From contig JACZSK010000004.1 of NCBI GenBank assembly GCA_022574255.1, positions 704-64,703 on the forward strand: a DNA stretch of 64,000 nt. Direction: 5' to 3'. Both the position numbers and the translations under genes were made by a program. The notes under the pieces are model-generated. The model had not been told where the DNA came from and made no database searches. It saw nothing but the letters and a program-made list of their open reading frames with translations. Shown piece by piece: positions 18,357-28,708 of the stretch. Positions within the stretch are counted from its first letter, which is position 1. Every line of letters begins with the position of its first letter. Origin of the DNA: Pseudomonadota bacterium. Its GTDB lineage: Bacteria; Pseudomonadota; Alphaproteobacteria; Sphingomonadales; SMXR01.

Positions 18357-19856
18357 ATGCCAAACAAATCAAGATCCGATTGGGAACAGATGGTTCCAAA
18401 CCTGAGGATTCCACATCAGGCGATCATTGGCGGGCAGTCGGTGGATTCCGCATCGGGGGAAACATTTGACTGCGTCAGCCCGATTGACGGCAAAGTTCTG
18501 GCCTCCGTTGCCCGGTGCGGCACCGAGGACGTGGAGCGCGCCGTTGCCGCGGGCCGCAAGGCCTTCGATAGCGGTGTGTGGGCCGACCAGCCGCCCGCCG
18601 CGCGCAAACAGGTGTTACAGCGTTTCGCAGCGGCGATTGGCGACCACGCCGAGGAACTGGCCCTGCTCGAGACCCTGGATATGGGCAAGCCGGTTGGAGA
18701 CAGCCTGGCTGTCGATGTGGCAGCGACCGTGCGCTGCATTAACTGGAATGCAGAAGCCATCGACAAGGTCTACGACGAGATTGCGCCAACCGGGCCGGAT
18801 GAACTGGGCCTGATAACCCGCGAGCCGCTGGGGGTTATCGGCGCCATTGTGCCCTGGAATTTTCCCATGTTGATGGCGGCTTGGAAGCTTGGGCCAGCGC
18901 TGGCCACGGGCAATTCTGTTATTCTCAAACCTTCAGAAAAGTCACCGCTTACCGCTATCCGGCTGGCAGAGCTGGCCCTGGAAGCCGGCCTTCCCGAAGG
19001 CGTATTCAATGTCCTCACCGGGCATGGCAAGGAGGCAGGCGAGCCGATAGCCGCCCATATGGATGTGGACGGGCTGGTATTTACCGGCTCGACAGCCGTG
19101 GGCAAGCAATTGTTGAGCATCGCAGCCCTCAGCAATATGAAAAGAACTTTCGTCGAATGCGGCGGCAAGAGCCCGAACGTCGTCTTTGCCGATACGCCGG
19201 ATATTGAGGTAGCGGCGAACGCTGCGGCCTCGGCCATTTTCTTCAATCAGGGCGAAGTTTGTACAGCGGCCTCGCGGTTGCTGGTCCACGAGTCCATCAA
19301 AGACGATTTTATCGACCTGGTGGTCAAGGCCGCCGGCGCAATGCAACCGACGCACCCGCTTGAGCCGGATGCGGCGATGGGGGCCATGGTTGACGGCATT
19401 CAAACCGACCGGGTCATGGAATATGTGAAGAGTGGCACGGAAGACGGCGCAACATTGCGATGTGGGGGCAATCGCGCAGCGGTCGAGGAAAACGGCTATT
19501 ACATCGAACCGACCGTCTTCGACCATGTATCGAGCGAAATGAAGATTGCCAGGGAAGAAATCTTCGGCCCGGTGCTCTCCTGCATCAGCTTTTCGGACGA
19601 GGATGAGGCGGTCCGTATTGCCAACGACACGCCGTATGGTCTCGCCGCAGCGATCTGGACAAGCGACTTGAGCCGGGCGCATCGGGTGGCCCGCAAAATC
19701 CGCGCCGGCAGTGTCTGGATTAACTACTATGACGGCGGGGATATGACGGCGCCGTTCGGTGGCTTCAAGCAGTCTGGAAACGGGCGCGATAAATCCCTGC
19801 ACGCGCTCCAAAAATATACCGAGCTGAAAGCAACCTGGATAAATCTGGGCGGTTAA
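18357..19856 (+). CDS. puuC: Aldehyde dehydrogenase (PuuC-like)
   Basis: IVPWNFP, KPSE, FTGST, ECGGKSP, FNQGEVC, EEIFGP, PFGGFKQSGNGRDKSLHA. Confidence 0.85.
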   Translation: MPNKSRSDWEQMVPNLRIPHQAIIGGQSVDSASGETFDCVSPIDGKVLASVARCGTEDVERAVAAGRKAFDSGVWADQPPAARKQVLQRFAAAIGDHAEELALLETLDMGKPVGDSLAVDVAATVRCINWNAEAIDKVYDEIAPTGPDELGLITREPLGVIGAIVPWNFPMLMAAWKLGPALATGNSVILKPSEKSPLTAIRLAELALEAGLPEGVFNVLTGHGKEAGEPIAAHMDVDGLVFTGSTAVGKQLLSIAALSNMKRTFVECGGKSPNVVFADTPDIEVAANAAASAIFFNQGEVCTAASRLLVHESIKDDFIDLVVKAAGAMQPTHPLEPDAAMGAMVDGIQTDRVMEYVKSGTEDGATLRCGGNRAAVEENGYYIEPTVFDHVSSEMKIAREEIFGPVLSCISFSDEDEAVRIANDTPYGLAAAIWTSDLSRAHRVARKIRAGSVWINYYDGGDMTAPFGGFKQSGNGRDKSLHALQKYTELKATWINLGG

Positions 19857-19879
19857 TCCGGCAGCGGCCAAGGGCAATA

Positions 19880-19954
19880 TTTGATCACAATTCAGCCGCC
19901 CTTTTTCAGGGTGGCGGCGGGTGTGTTGACAATCAGAAATTATGACTCGACTAT
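19880..19954 (+). promoter_or_regulatory. One-mismatch operator and promoter
   Basis: TTTGATCACA at 19880-19889; TTGACA(19926)-N17-GACTAT(19949). Confidence 0.55.
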
Positions 19955-19975
19955 GGCCATCGCACAAAAAAACTG

Positions 19976-21589
19976 GTGGGCCCTATGAATAGATCGCCGC
20001 ACGGGCGAATCAAAGTGCTGGCTCCTCAGGAAATCCAGGCACTCTTAAAACGCGGCTTCGACGCGTTAAATGCCGGGCGCAATGACGAGGCGGGTGCCTG
20101 CTGCAAAAAAATCCTGATGGTTGCCCCGAAGACCGTGGAAGCGCATTTCCTGGTTGGGCTTATCGCCACCGAGGACAAATTGCCGAAGGTTGCCATTCAG
20201 GCCTTTGGCTCGGTGACCACGCTCGATCCCTCTCATGCTGCCGGTTGGGCGCATCTGGCGCGCAATTTCATGAGGATTGGACAGCTGAAACGTGCCGAAA
20301 ATGCTGTTGAGAGCGCCATTAAATCCGGAACAAAAGACCCGATGGTAGAGGATCTGATAGGATCCACATTGTCTCAGCTTGGCGATCAGCACGGGGCGAA
20401 GCGATGGTATAGCAGGGCAGTGGAGCAATTCCCCCGGTCAGCGGTATTCAACATCAACCTCGCGAGCAGCCTGATTTTCTTAGGGGAGAAAGAGGAGGCA
20501 GAGGCGGCGCTGGACCGCGCCCTCGAGGTCAGGCCTTTCGAGGCACAGGCACACTGGCGCAAGTCCGGCTTGAAAAAGGCGACGGATCACAGTCACCTGG
20601 ATGTGCTGAATTCCCTTGCGGAAAGATTCAGCAAAGACCCTCGGGCACTTTCATTCGTGGCCTATGCTGCCGGCAAGGAATATGAGGATCTGGAGGAATG
20701 GGCCGAGGCATTCAAATGCTTCGAGGCCGGCGCCAAAGCAAAAAGGCAAATAGTCGAATACGACGAAGCAGCGGAAGCAGAGATGTTCGAGGCACTTCCC
20801 GAGACCTTCACCCCAGAGTGGGTTGCAGAGGAGGTCGACGGTGTCGATGCGGAGTCTCCGATATTTATCGTTGGCCAGCCCCGGACCGGCACGACCCTGG
20901 TCGAGCGTATCATCACCAGCCATTCCATGGTTCATTCGGCGGGTGAACTTCAGCAGTTCGGACTGGCAGTTCGCCGCAATGCCGAAGTCGAAGCAAGCGG
21001 AAGATTTTCAGCAGAACTGATGCGGGCTGCCGCGTCCCTTAATCCGAAGAAAATAGGCGGCGGCTATATGTCGTCTTCGGCCAGCATGCGGGGTAACCTG
21101 CCCAGATTCGTCGACAAAATGCCGGTTAATTACCTCTTTATTCCACTTATCCTCAAGGCGATTCCCAATGCCAAGATCATTCATTTGGTGCGCGATCCGG
21201 CGGATAGCTGCTTCTCAAGTTTCAAGCAGCTCTTCGCCGAAGCCTATTTTCATTCCTACACCCTGGAAGAAATGGCGCGGCATCATGTTCGCTACCATCG
21301 CCTGATGGATTACTGGCGCGAGCTTTTGCCCGGGCGCTTTCTTGATGTCAGGTACGAAGAAGTTGTCAGTGACCTGGAGCCGAACGCACGACGACTGATC
21401 GATTACCTGGATTTGCCCTGGGAAGACGCGTGCCTTGAATTTCATCGTCAGGATCGTGCGGTTATGACGGCGAGCGCGGTGCAGGTTCGCGAGAAAGTCC
21501 ACACCCGCTCGGTTGGCCGCTGGCGGGAATATGAAAATCAGCTCAGTCCTCTGCTCGATATTCTGCGTTCGGAGGGTATTGCGACCTGA
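19976..21589 (+). CDS. TPR-repeat sulfotransferase-family protein
   Basis: N-terminal TPR-like helices; 5'-PSB motif GQPRTGTTL, DKMPVN, IIHLVRDP, VRYEEVV, TASAVQVRE. Confidence 0.9.
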   Translation: MGPMNRSPHGRIKVLAPQEIQALLKRGFDALNAGRNDEAGACCKKILMVAPKTVEAHFLVGLIATEDKLPKVAIQAFGSVTTLDPSHAAGWAHLARNFMRIGQLKRAENAVESAIKSGTKDPMVEDLIGSTLSQLGDQHGAKRWYSRAVEQFPRSAVFNINLASSLIFLGEKEEAEAALDRALEVRPFEAQAHWRKSGLKKATDHSHLDVLNSLAERFSKDPRALSFVAYAAGKEYEDLEEWAEAFKCFEAGAKAKRQIVEYDEAAEAEMFEALPETFTPEWVAEEVDGVDAESPIFIVGQPRTGTTLVERIITSHSMVHSAGELQQFGLAVRRNAEVEASGRFSAELMRAAASLNPKKIGGGYMSSSASMRGNLPRFVDKMPVNYLFIPLILKAIPNAKIIHLVRDPADSCFSSFKQLFAEAYFHSYTLEEMARHHVRYHRLMDYWRELLPGRFLDVRYEEVVSDLEPNARRLIDYLDLPWEDACLEFHRQDRAVMTASAVQVREKVHTRSVGRWREYENQLSPLLDILRSEGIAT

Positions 21590-21625
21590 CTGCCAACGCT
21601 CCTGGCTACCTTCTTTCTTTTTTGG

Positions 21626-21639
21626 TTTGTGATCACAAA
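21626..21639. promoter_or_regulatory. TTTGTGATCACAAA operator upstream of the TonB receptor
   Basis: Perfect 14-bp palindrome, adjacent to a TTGAAA at 21646. Confidence 0.8.
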
Positions 21640-21665
21640 TATGACTTGAAAAAATCTGGTCGGGT

Positions 21666-21712
21666 GCTAGTTTTGACATCAATAATTGGCGCTAGTTTTG
21701 ACATCAATAATT
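21666..21712 (+). repeat. Exact 22-bp direct repeat GCTAGTTTTGACATCAATAATT (x2)
   Basis: Copies at 21666-21687 and 21691-21712. Confidence 0.9.
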
Positions 21713-21752
21713 AATGAAGATTTCTGCCATTTAATGTCTCAGCCTGGGGAGG

Positions 21753-24170
21753 ATGAACATGATCAAGCGTAAATCCAATTCGAAATCGTTGCTGCTGGCG
21801 AGTTGCTCAGTCACCGCAATCGCGATTATGACGTCCCAACTGAATGTGGTTGTGGCTCAGGAACTCGAGGAAATTGTAGTTACGGCTACAAAGCGCGAGG
21901 TCTCAATTCAAGAAGTGCCGCTGGCGATAACCGCCTTCACCGGCGAATTTACGCGCCAGGTGAACATGAACGACATCAAGGATGTGATCGTCTGGACACC
22001 GGGTGTTACGGGCAATACGTCAGACAGCTTTATTGATGGTGTCTCGATCCGCGGAATTTTGACCAACGACTTTGGCAACGGCGGCGATCCGTCGATCGGA
22101 TTTTTCAAGAACAACCTCTACCAGGGCCGTACCGGCGTGGTTAACTCAAGCATGTATGACATGGAGCGGGTTGAAGTCCTGCGCGGCCCCCAGGGCTTCC
22201 TGTTTGGCCGTAACGCCATTGGCGGCGCCCTGAGTTTTCACACCAAGAAGCCAATACTTGGTCAGAACAGTGGATATGCGGAACTGGACGTTGGTGAGCG
22301 CAACCATTATGTCGGTGAAGGGGCCATCAACATTTCGTCCTCCGACACCTTTGGTGTCCGGATCGCCGGCTATTATTCGCGTGAAGATGGTTGGGTGGAC
22401 AATGTAAACACGCTTGGGGACGATAAACTCCTTGGTCACAAGAAAATTGCTGTTCGCGGGTCAGCCCTCTATGACAGCGGAACCTTCAGCGCTCTCATGA
22501 CCCTTGAATATGAGGATCGCGACGCCGACGGGTCGGTTTACCGGGGCATCGAGGATAGTATCGGTTTTCGTCGTCTGAATGATCTGTTCGGCGTTACGGT
22601 TGGTGGCGGTGGTCGCGATGTCGATCAAAATTTTGAATTTGGACGGCCCGAGGATGACAGCCAGGTTTTCAGGCTCGGTCTTCATATAGACTGGGACCTG
22701 GGAGGCATGACGCTTACCTCCACGACCGGCTACACCGATCACGACTATCTGTATAGCGAGGATTTTGACGGCACCACATTGGCCATCAACGGTTATCTGC
22801 AGGACCAGACGGGCAATTATTTCCAGCAGGAACTGCGCCTGACCTCGGACTCGGATTCCGATAGCGCTCTTTCGTGGTACGCGGGCGTTTCTTATTACCG
22901 GGAAAATATCGACACGCTCTTCCGGGAAAGATCCAGTGAAGCGACCCAGTGCGCCTATTATTTTGCGCCTTATTATGAGCCACCCTATTATAATTATACC
23001 CCGGCTGAAGCCGCTTATTATGGCCTCATCGGCTGCCAGTATTATTATTATAACAATGTTCCGTATGACGATCCGCTGAACGGCGACTTGGATGAAGATA
23101 ACCGGATTATAGGCAAATATACGGGCTGGGCTGCCTATGCCAATGTGGACTATAAAATCACCGAGAAGTTCAATATCGAGTTGGGAGTTCGCTACACCTA
23201 CGATAAAAAAGATTTCTCAATAGAATCCTTCACCCCTGCAAGTAATCTCGGGCCGTTTTGGGCGCTGGGCTTTACAACCGCAGAACCTCTCACTGACACG
23301 CGAAGCTGGGACGATTTTACCCCGCGGTTTATTGCGCGTTATCGCCCAAATGAGGATTTGACTTTATTCGCCAGCGTGACCCGCGGCTACAAATCCGGCG
23401 GCTTCGGCAGCTTTAACATCGAGCCTCTGCCAGGTGACCCTGAAATAGCTTTCGGTATACTTGATCCGAGAAATATTGATGCCACCAACGCTGTGGTCAG
23501 GCCCGGGGATTTTGAACCGGAGACCGTTTGGTCCTACGAGATCGGTGCCAAGGGCGCGGCTATGGGCGGAAGACTTCGCTGGGACGCCAACATCTATCAC
23601 TACAGGTATAGGGACCTGCAGGTCATCCTGACCGGCGATGGCGGCGGTATAACAGTCGATAATATTGGCCGCGCGAGGGGCACAGGTTTTGAAGGCTCCG
23701 TGCAGTGGCTTCTAAGCGAAAATCTCGACCTGCTCTTTTCAGGAGCCTACGCTTCAACCTCCATCAGGGGGGCGCAGGCTATTTGCCCCGGGGATGATGA
23801 GGATGCATGCGAAGGCAAGGGCCTTGGCTATGTTCCTGACTTTTCCTTCTCGGCAAGGCTCAATGGGCACTACCCGGTCGGGAACGGCAATGTCACCGGG
23901 GCGGTCGAACTGTTCGGACGGACCAAAACCCAGGCTATTCCGATCTCAACAGACCCGGCAGAGGTAAATCCCAGCTATGCCGAGATTGCCTTGCGGTTTG
24001 GGTATGAATCCGACAGCGGTTGGGCGGTTACCGCCTATGTCGAGAACCTCACAAATGAGCTCTATTACGACGGCATGTTTGCCGCCGGGGGGATTCTGCC
24101 GAGCGCTTGGTTCAATCCCAGCAGACCCAGGACATTCGGTGTTCGTTTTTATATGAACTTTGGGGAGTAG
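21753..24170 (+). CDS. TonB-dependent outer-membrane receptor
   Basis: Signal peptide, TonB box EEIVVTATKR, plug motif ERVEVLRGPQG, C-terminal PRTFGVRFYMNF. Confidence 0.95.
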   Translation: MNMIKRKSNSKSLLLASCSVTAIAIMTSQLNVVVAQELEEIVVTATKREVSIQEVPLAITAFTGEFTRQVNMNDIKDVIVWTPGVTGNTSDSFIDGVSIRGILTNDFGNGGDPSIGFFKNNLYQGRTGVVNSSMYDMERVEVLRGPQGFLFGRNAIGGALSFHTKKPILGQNSGYAELDVGERNHYVGEGAINISSSDTFGVRIAGYYSREDGWVDNVNTLGDDKLLGHKKIAVRGSALYDSGTFSALMTLEYEDRDADGSVYRGIEDSIGFRRLNDLFGVTVGGGGRDVDQNFEFGRPEDDSQVFRLGLHIDWDLGGMTLTSTTGYTDHDYLYSEDFDGTTLAINGYLQDQTGNYFQQELRLTSDSDSDSALSWYAGVSYYRENIDTLFRERSSEATQCAYYFAPYYEPPYYNYTPAEAAYYGLIGCQYYYYNNVPYDDPLNGDLDEDNRIIGKYTGWAAYANVDYKITEKFNIELGVRYTYDKKDFSIESFTPASNLGPFWALGFTTAEPLTDTRSWDDFTPRFIARYRPNEDLTLFASVTRGYKSGGFGSFNIEPLPGDPEIAFGILDPRNIDATNAVVRPGDFEPETVWSYEIGAKGAAMGGRLRWDANIYHYRYRDLQVILTGDGGGITVDNIGRARGTGFEGSVQWLLSENLDLLFSGAYASTSIRGAQAICPGDDEDACEGKGLGYVPDFSFSARLNGHYPVGNGNVTGAVELFGRTKTQAIPISTDPAEVNPSYAEIALRFGYESDSGWAVTAYVENLTNELYYDGMFAAGGILPSAWFNPSRPRTFGVRFYMNFGE

Positions 24171-24204
24171 TCCAAGGCTTGGGACGCCTCTCTAATCAAA
24201 ATTA

Positions 24205-24244
24205 AAGGGGCCCGGAAAAACTCTGTTGAGCCGGGCCCTTTTTT
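24205..24244 (+). terminator. Rho-independent terminator
   Basis: GGGCCCGG...CCGGGCCC stem followed by a T6 tract. Confidence 0.75.
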
Positions 24245-24317
24245 GACCCTCGCAGCTGCTGAAGCGGGGCAGTTGGCAACTAAGAGCCTGCTGCGAATTC
24301 CGTGACCGGATGAACTG

Positions 24318-25931
24318 ATGAAATCCTATGACGCCATCGTAATCGGGGCCGGCCACAACGGGCTGGCCAATGCCGCCTTTCTGGCGAAAGCGGGTCTTGA
24401 CGTTCTGGTCGTCGAGAAGAACGACTATATTGGCGGTGCGACAGTCAGCCGCGAACTGCACGAAGGCTGGCAATATTCCAACTGCTCGTACGTCTGCAGC
24501 CTGTTCCGGCCGGAAATTTACCAGGCACTTGATTTGGGGCGTCACGGTCTTGAAGTGGTGCCGTTGCAGGGTGGCGTGACCTTCAAGCAGAACGGCGACT
24601 ATTATGGCAATTATCACCAGCCGGCCATCCGGCGGCGCGAAATTGCCCGCCATTCGAAGCGCGATGCCGATGCGGCAATACGTTTCGATGCCGACCTGAT
24701 GAAATGGTGCCGCCTGATCCGGGGCTTTCTGCTGCGCACGCCGCCTGACCCGGCATCATTCAAAATACGGGATGCAATGGAATTCGCTTCGCTGCTGAAA
24801 AGTTTTTACAGCCTGAGCGAAAGTCAGATCTACGAATTCATCCGTTTCTTCACCATGTCGATCGCGGAATACCTGGAAGAATATTTTGAGAGCGACGTCA
24901 TTCTCGCTCATTTTTCAGGGGGCAGCATCATTGGTACCGGCCTTGGCGTTTATTCGCCGGGTACGGCCTATGTATTGCTGCATCACGCCATGGGCGACAT
25001 TGACGGCAACGTCGGTTCATGGGGGTTTGCGCGTGGCGGCATGGGCTCCATTGCCAAGGCGATCGCCTCCGCATTGCAATCTTATGGCGGCAACATCCGC
25101 ACTGGCGCCGAGGTTCAGGAAATCAAGGTAAGAGGGCGCAAGGCGAGAGGCGTTGTGCTCAAATCGGGCGAAGAGATCAGTGCCCGGGTGGTTGTGTCCA
25201 ACCTGGATGCCAAACGCACCTTCCTTGGCATAATGAACCCCAAAGACCTGCCGGAATATGTGATCCGCCGGGCCGAAAATTTCAAGATTCGCGGATCTTC
25301 GGGCAAACTGAATATCGCGCTCGACGGCATGCCGGATTTTCCCGCGCTTGAAAAGGGCTCACCCCTCACGCTTGGGCATATGCATTTCACTGACACGCTC
25401 GAGCGGCTCGAGCGCGCCTACGACGATTGGAAGGACGACCGCTGGTCCGCCGACCCCTACGTGGACCTGGTTATTCCAAGCCAGTATGACCCGACACTGG
25501 CGCCTGCGGGCAAGCATATGGTGAGTGTCTTTGTACAATATTGCCCGGTCGAAGCCGAGGGCGGCTGGACAGAGGAGAAACGGGAAGCATTTGGCGCCAC
25601 AGTGATTGACCAGATCGCCAATTACAGCCCGAACTTCAAAGACCTCATCCTGCATGTGGAAATACGTACACCGAGCGAAATTGAAGCCGAGACAGGCCTC
25701 ACGGGCGGCAATATTTTTCAGGGGGAACTGACGCTCGATCAACTGATGTTCAATCGCCCGTTTCCCGGATATGCGCAATATCGCGGGCCGGTAAAAAACA
25801 TGTATATGTGTGGCTCGTCCACCCACCCCGGCGGCGGTGTCATGGGCGCCCCTGGCACGAATGCGGCGCGTGAAATACTGCGCGATCTGGGCAAGGTGAA
25901 TACCACGCCGGAGGATTTCGGCGATGACTAG
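24318..25931 (+). CDS. Phytoene-dehydrogenase-fold FAD oxidoreductase (PYROXD2-like), type A1
   Basis: IGAGHNGL, CSYVCS, ARGGMG, GNIFQGEL, CGSSTHPGGGV. Confidence 0.85.
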   Translation: MKSYDAIVIGAGHNGLANAAFLAKAGLDVLVVEKNDYIGGATVSRELHEGWQYSNCSYVCSLFRPEIYQALDLGRHGLEVVPLQGGVTFKQNGDYYGNYHQPAIRRREIARHSKRDADAAIRFDADLMKWCRLIRGFLLRTPPDPASFKIRDAMEFASLLKSFYSLSESQIYEFIRFFTMSIAEYLEEYFESDVILAHFSGGSIIGTGLGVYSPGTAYVLLHHAMGDIDGNVGSWGFARGGMGSIAKAIASALQSYGGNIRTGAEVQEIKVRGRKARGVVLKSGEEISARVVVSNLDAKRTFLGIMNPKDLPEYVIRRAENFKIRGSSGKLNIALDGMPDFPALEKGSPLTLGHMHFTDTLERLERAYDDWKDDRWSADPYVDLVIPSQYDPTLAPAGKHMVSVFVQYCPVEAEGGWTEEKREAFGATVIDQIANYSPNFKDLILHVEIRTPSEIEAETGLTGGNIFQGELTLDQLMFNRPFPGYAQYRGPVKNMYMCGSSTHPGGGVMGAPGTNAAREILRDLGKVNTTPEDFGDD

Positions 25932-27483
25932 GTCCGGTTCGGCAATCATCATCGGTGCGGGGCACAACGGACTGGTCTGTGCAACTTATCTCGCCAAAGC
26001 CGGCTATGCTGTGCAAATCCTGGAGGCCCGCGAAGTTGTGGGCGGCGGCGCTTCAACCCGGGAATTTGCTGAAGGATTCAGGGTCTCCGGCCTGGCGCAT
26101 GTCCTTCACCCCCTCAACCCAAAAATAGTCAAGGAACTTGGCCTGGGCGCCAAGGGGGCAAAGCCTGGCACGGCCATCGACACGATTTCGCTCGACCGTG
26201 ACGGTCGTCACCTTACGCTATCCACTGACAGCGTATCCGGCGCCGGACTTTCCGACGCCGATGCGCAAGCCTATTCCGCGTTCAAGCGGGAATTCCGGCG
26301 TTACGCCAAAGCGCTTGAGCCGATGACCATGAACAAGCCGCCGCGGCTGAAGGACATGGACAACACCGACAAACTCACTCTCGCCAAGCTTGGCTGGAAG
26401 CTGCGTTTTGGCCTTGGCAAGATATCGATGCGCGAGTTTCTTCGGGTCGGCGGCAGCAATATATACGATGTGCTGAATGAGTTTTTCGAAGATCAGCGGC
26501 TAAAGGGCGCCATCGCCGCAGACGCCGTGATCGGGCACCACATGGGTCCGCGAACTCCCACATCGGTACTGACCTATCTGCAACGATTGAGGGGCGAGCT
26601 GTATGGCGCTGAAATCCTGCCATCCGGCGGCATGGGAGAGGTTGCTAATATTCTCGCCGGCGTCGCCGAGAGAGCGGGGGTCAAAATTCGGACTGAGGCA
26701 CCGGTGCAACGGATTGTGGTGACTGATCACAAGGCGACTGGAGTTCAGTTGCAGTCCGGGGAAAGCATCGAGGCGGATATCGTTATCTCCAACGCCGATG
26801 CCAAGGCCACTTTTCTGCATCTGGTGGGCACCGAATATCTCGACGCCATGTTCGCACATCGCGTTCACAAGACCCGCACCGAAGGCACTGTGGCGAAGCT
26901 GCATTTCGCCCTAAAGGATCTGCCGCGGATAGAGGGCCTATCGGAGGCTCAGCTTGGTCAGCGGCTGCTGGTTGCGCCCGACATGCGCTATGTGGAACAC
27001 GCCTTCAATCACGCGAAATACGGCAGATACTCGGATGCGCCGGTCCTGGAGATCACCATCCCCAGCCTTGCGGACACCTCGTTGGCCCCGGCGGGGCAGC
27101 ATGTGATGTCGGTGTCGGCAAGCTTCGCGCCCTATTCTCTGAAAGAGGGTTGGGACAAATCGACCGGTGATTTCGCAGATAAAGTCGTTGCCCTCATTGC
27201 GGATTATGCCCCCGGATTTGCAGCGCAGATCATCGCCCGTGAAATTCTGACGCCCGTGGATATCGAGCGCGAATACAAAGTTACGGGCGGTCATTGGCAC
27301 CACGGAGAAATGAGTATCGGTCAATCTTTCATGATGCGCCCGGTACATGGCGCGGCACAATATGACACGCCCATCGAAGGGTTGTTCCTTTGTGGCGCCG
27401 CGGCCCACCCGGGCGGCGGGATCACCGGTATTCCCGGCCACAATGCCGCGAAGCGAATCCTGGCGATGAAGGCGGGACGGTAG
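25924..27483 (+). CDS. Phytoene-dehydrogenase-fold FAD oxidoreductase, type B1
   Basis: IGAGHNGL, GGHWHHGE, CGAAAHPGGG; overlaps A1 by 8 bp. Confidence 0.85.
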   Translation: MTRSGSAIIIGAGHNGLVCATYLAKAGYAVQILEAREVVGGGASTREFAEGFRVSGLAHVLHPLNPKIVKELGLGAKGAKPGTAIDTISLDRDGRHLTLSTDSVSGAGLSDADAQAYSAFKREFRRYAKALEPMTMNKPPRLKDMDNTDKLTLAKLGWKLRFGLGKISMREFLRVGGSNIYDVLNEFFEDQRLKGAIAADAVIGHHMGPRTPTSVLTYLQRLRGELYGAEILPSGGMGEVANILAGVAERAGVKIRTEAPVQRIVVTDHKATGVQLQSGESIEADIVISNADAKATFLHLVGTEYLDAMFAHRVHKTRTEGTVAKLHFALKDLPRIEGLSEAQLGQRLLVAPDMRYVEHAFNHAKYGRYSDAPVLEITIPSLADTSLAPAGQHVMSVSASFAPYSLKEGWDKSTGDFADKVVALIADYAPGFAAQIIAREILTPVDIEREYKVTGGHWHHGEMSIGQSFMMRPVHGAAQYDTPIEGLFLCGAAAHPGGGITGIPGHNAAKRILAMKAGR

Positions 27484-27485
27484 CT

Positions 27486-28682
27486 ATGGAAAAACACGAT
27501 TTCAGAGAGGTGCTACAGCGCTCGCCCTTTTTCCCGCGCGCAGACGCCCTCAGTCAGGTCAAGGTCTGGTCGCCCTGGAACGGCTATCAGACAGCCCGCA
27601 TTTACGACACGCTGGCATCAGAGTATTTCGCTATTCGCAGTTCCTGCAGCGTCTTTGATATGACACCAATGGGGAAATACCGGATCACAGGTCCGGACGC
27701 GATCAGGTTTCTGACCCGGCTTGTTACACGGGATATCTCCAAGCTAAAGCCCGGACGCGTGACCTATGTGGTCTGGTGCAATGATGAAGGCCAGGTGCTT
27801 GACGATGGCACCATCTTTCATCTGGGTGACGATGGGTATCGCCTCTGCGCCCAGCATAACCAGCTTGACTGGTTGCTGATCTCTGCCCTCGGGATGGATG
27901 TCACGATTGAAGAGGAAACCCATGAGGTAGCGGCCCTGTCCGTTCAGGGTCCGACTTCGTACTCTGTTCTTGAAGCGGCTGGTATTGACGGCCTCCAGGA
28001 GCTCAAGCCATTCGATATTGTGAACACATTTCTTGATGGCTTCGATGTCATGGTCTCCCGCACCGGCTTTACCGGGGATTTGGGATATGAGCTTTGGGTT
28101 GACCCAAATGATGCTCTTGCCCTCTGGGATGCAATTTTCGGCGTCAAGGCGCGTGGTCTTTATGATGTGCGTCCAATTGGTCTGGAAGCGCTTGAAATGG
28201 TCCGCATTGAGGCGGGGTTCATCGTGCCGGGTGACGATTTTAACACCGCGGAAACGGCAGTTCGGGCGGATCGCAGCCGCTCGCCCTTCGAGCTGGGGCT
28301 GGGTTGGGTGGTGAATTTCGACAAGCCCTATTTCACCGGTAAGCGCGCGCTTTTGGAGGAACATGCCCGTCCCATCAAACGGCGCCTCGTCAAGTTGTCG
28401 ACCGAAGGCAACAAGCCTCCGCATGACAGCTTCCTCTATGACGGGAAAAATGGACAGCGTATCGGCACTATCAAGACCGCAATCTGGTCGCCAATTCTCA
28501 AGTCAAATCTGGCGATGGCCGAGGTCGAATACATAAAAGGCAAGCGGCCAGCGGAAATATGGGCCCAAATCTATTATCAAAAAGAGCTGGAATGGAAAGT
28601 TGTATGGGAGCGGTGTGAAATCTCAGGTAAGCCGTTCTGGAACCCGCCCCGCCGCAACGCCACGCCACCGGAACCGTTCTAG
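27486..28682 (+). CDS. GcvT-family aminomethyltransferase (folate-binding)
   Basis: EYFAIR, FDMTPMGK, LDDGT, QGPTS, SRTGFTGDLGYE, RIEAG; ATG at 27486. Confidence 0.85.
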   Translation: MEKHDFREVLQRSPFFPRADALSQVKVWSPWNGYQTARIYDTLASEYFAIRSSCSVFDMTPMGKYRITGPDAIRFLTRLVTRDISKLKPGRVTYVVWCNDEGQVLDDGTIFHLGDDGYRLCAQHNQLDWLLISALGMDVTIEEETHEVAALSVQGPTSYSVLEAAGIDGLQELKPFDIVNTFLDGFDVMVSRTGFTGDLGYELWVDPNDALALWDAIFGVKARGLYDVRPIGLEALEMVRIEAGFIVPGDDFNTAETAVRADRSRSPFELGLGWVVNFDKPYFTGKRALLEEHARPIKRRLVKLSTEGNKPPHDSFLYDGKNGQRIGTIKTAIWSPILKSNLAMAEVEYIKGKRPAEIWAQIYYQKELEWKVVWERCEISGKPFWNPPRRNATPPEPF

Positions 28683-28708
28683 GATTACGGATAATTGGGG
28701 AGGAACCA

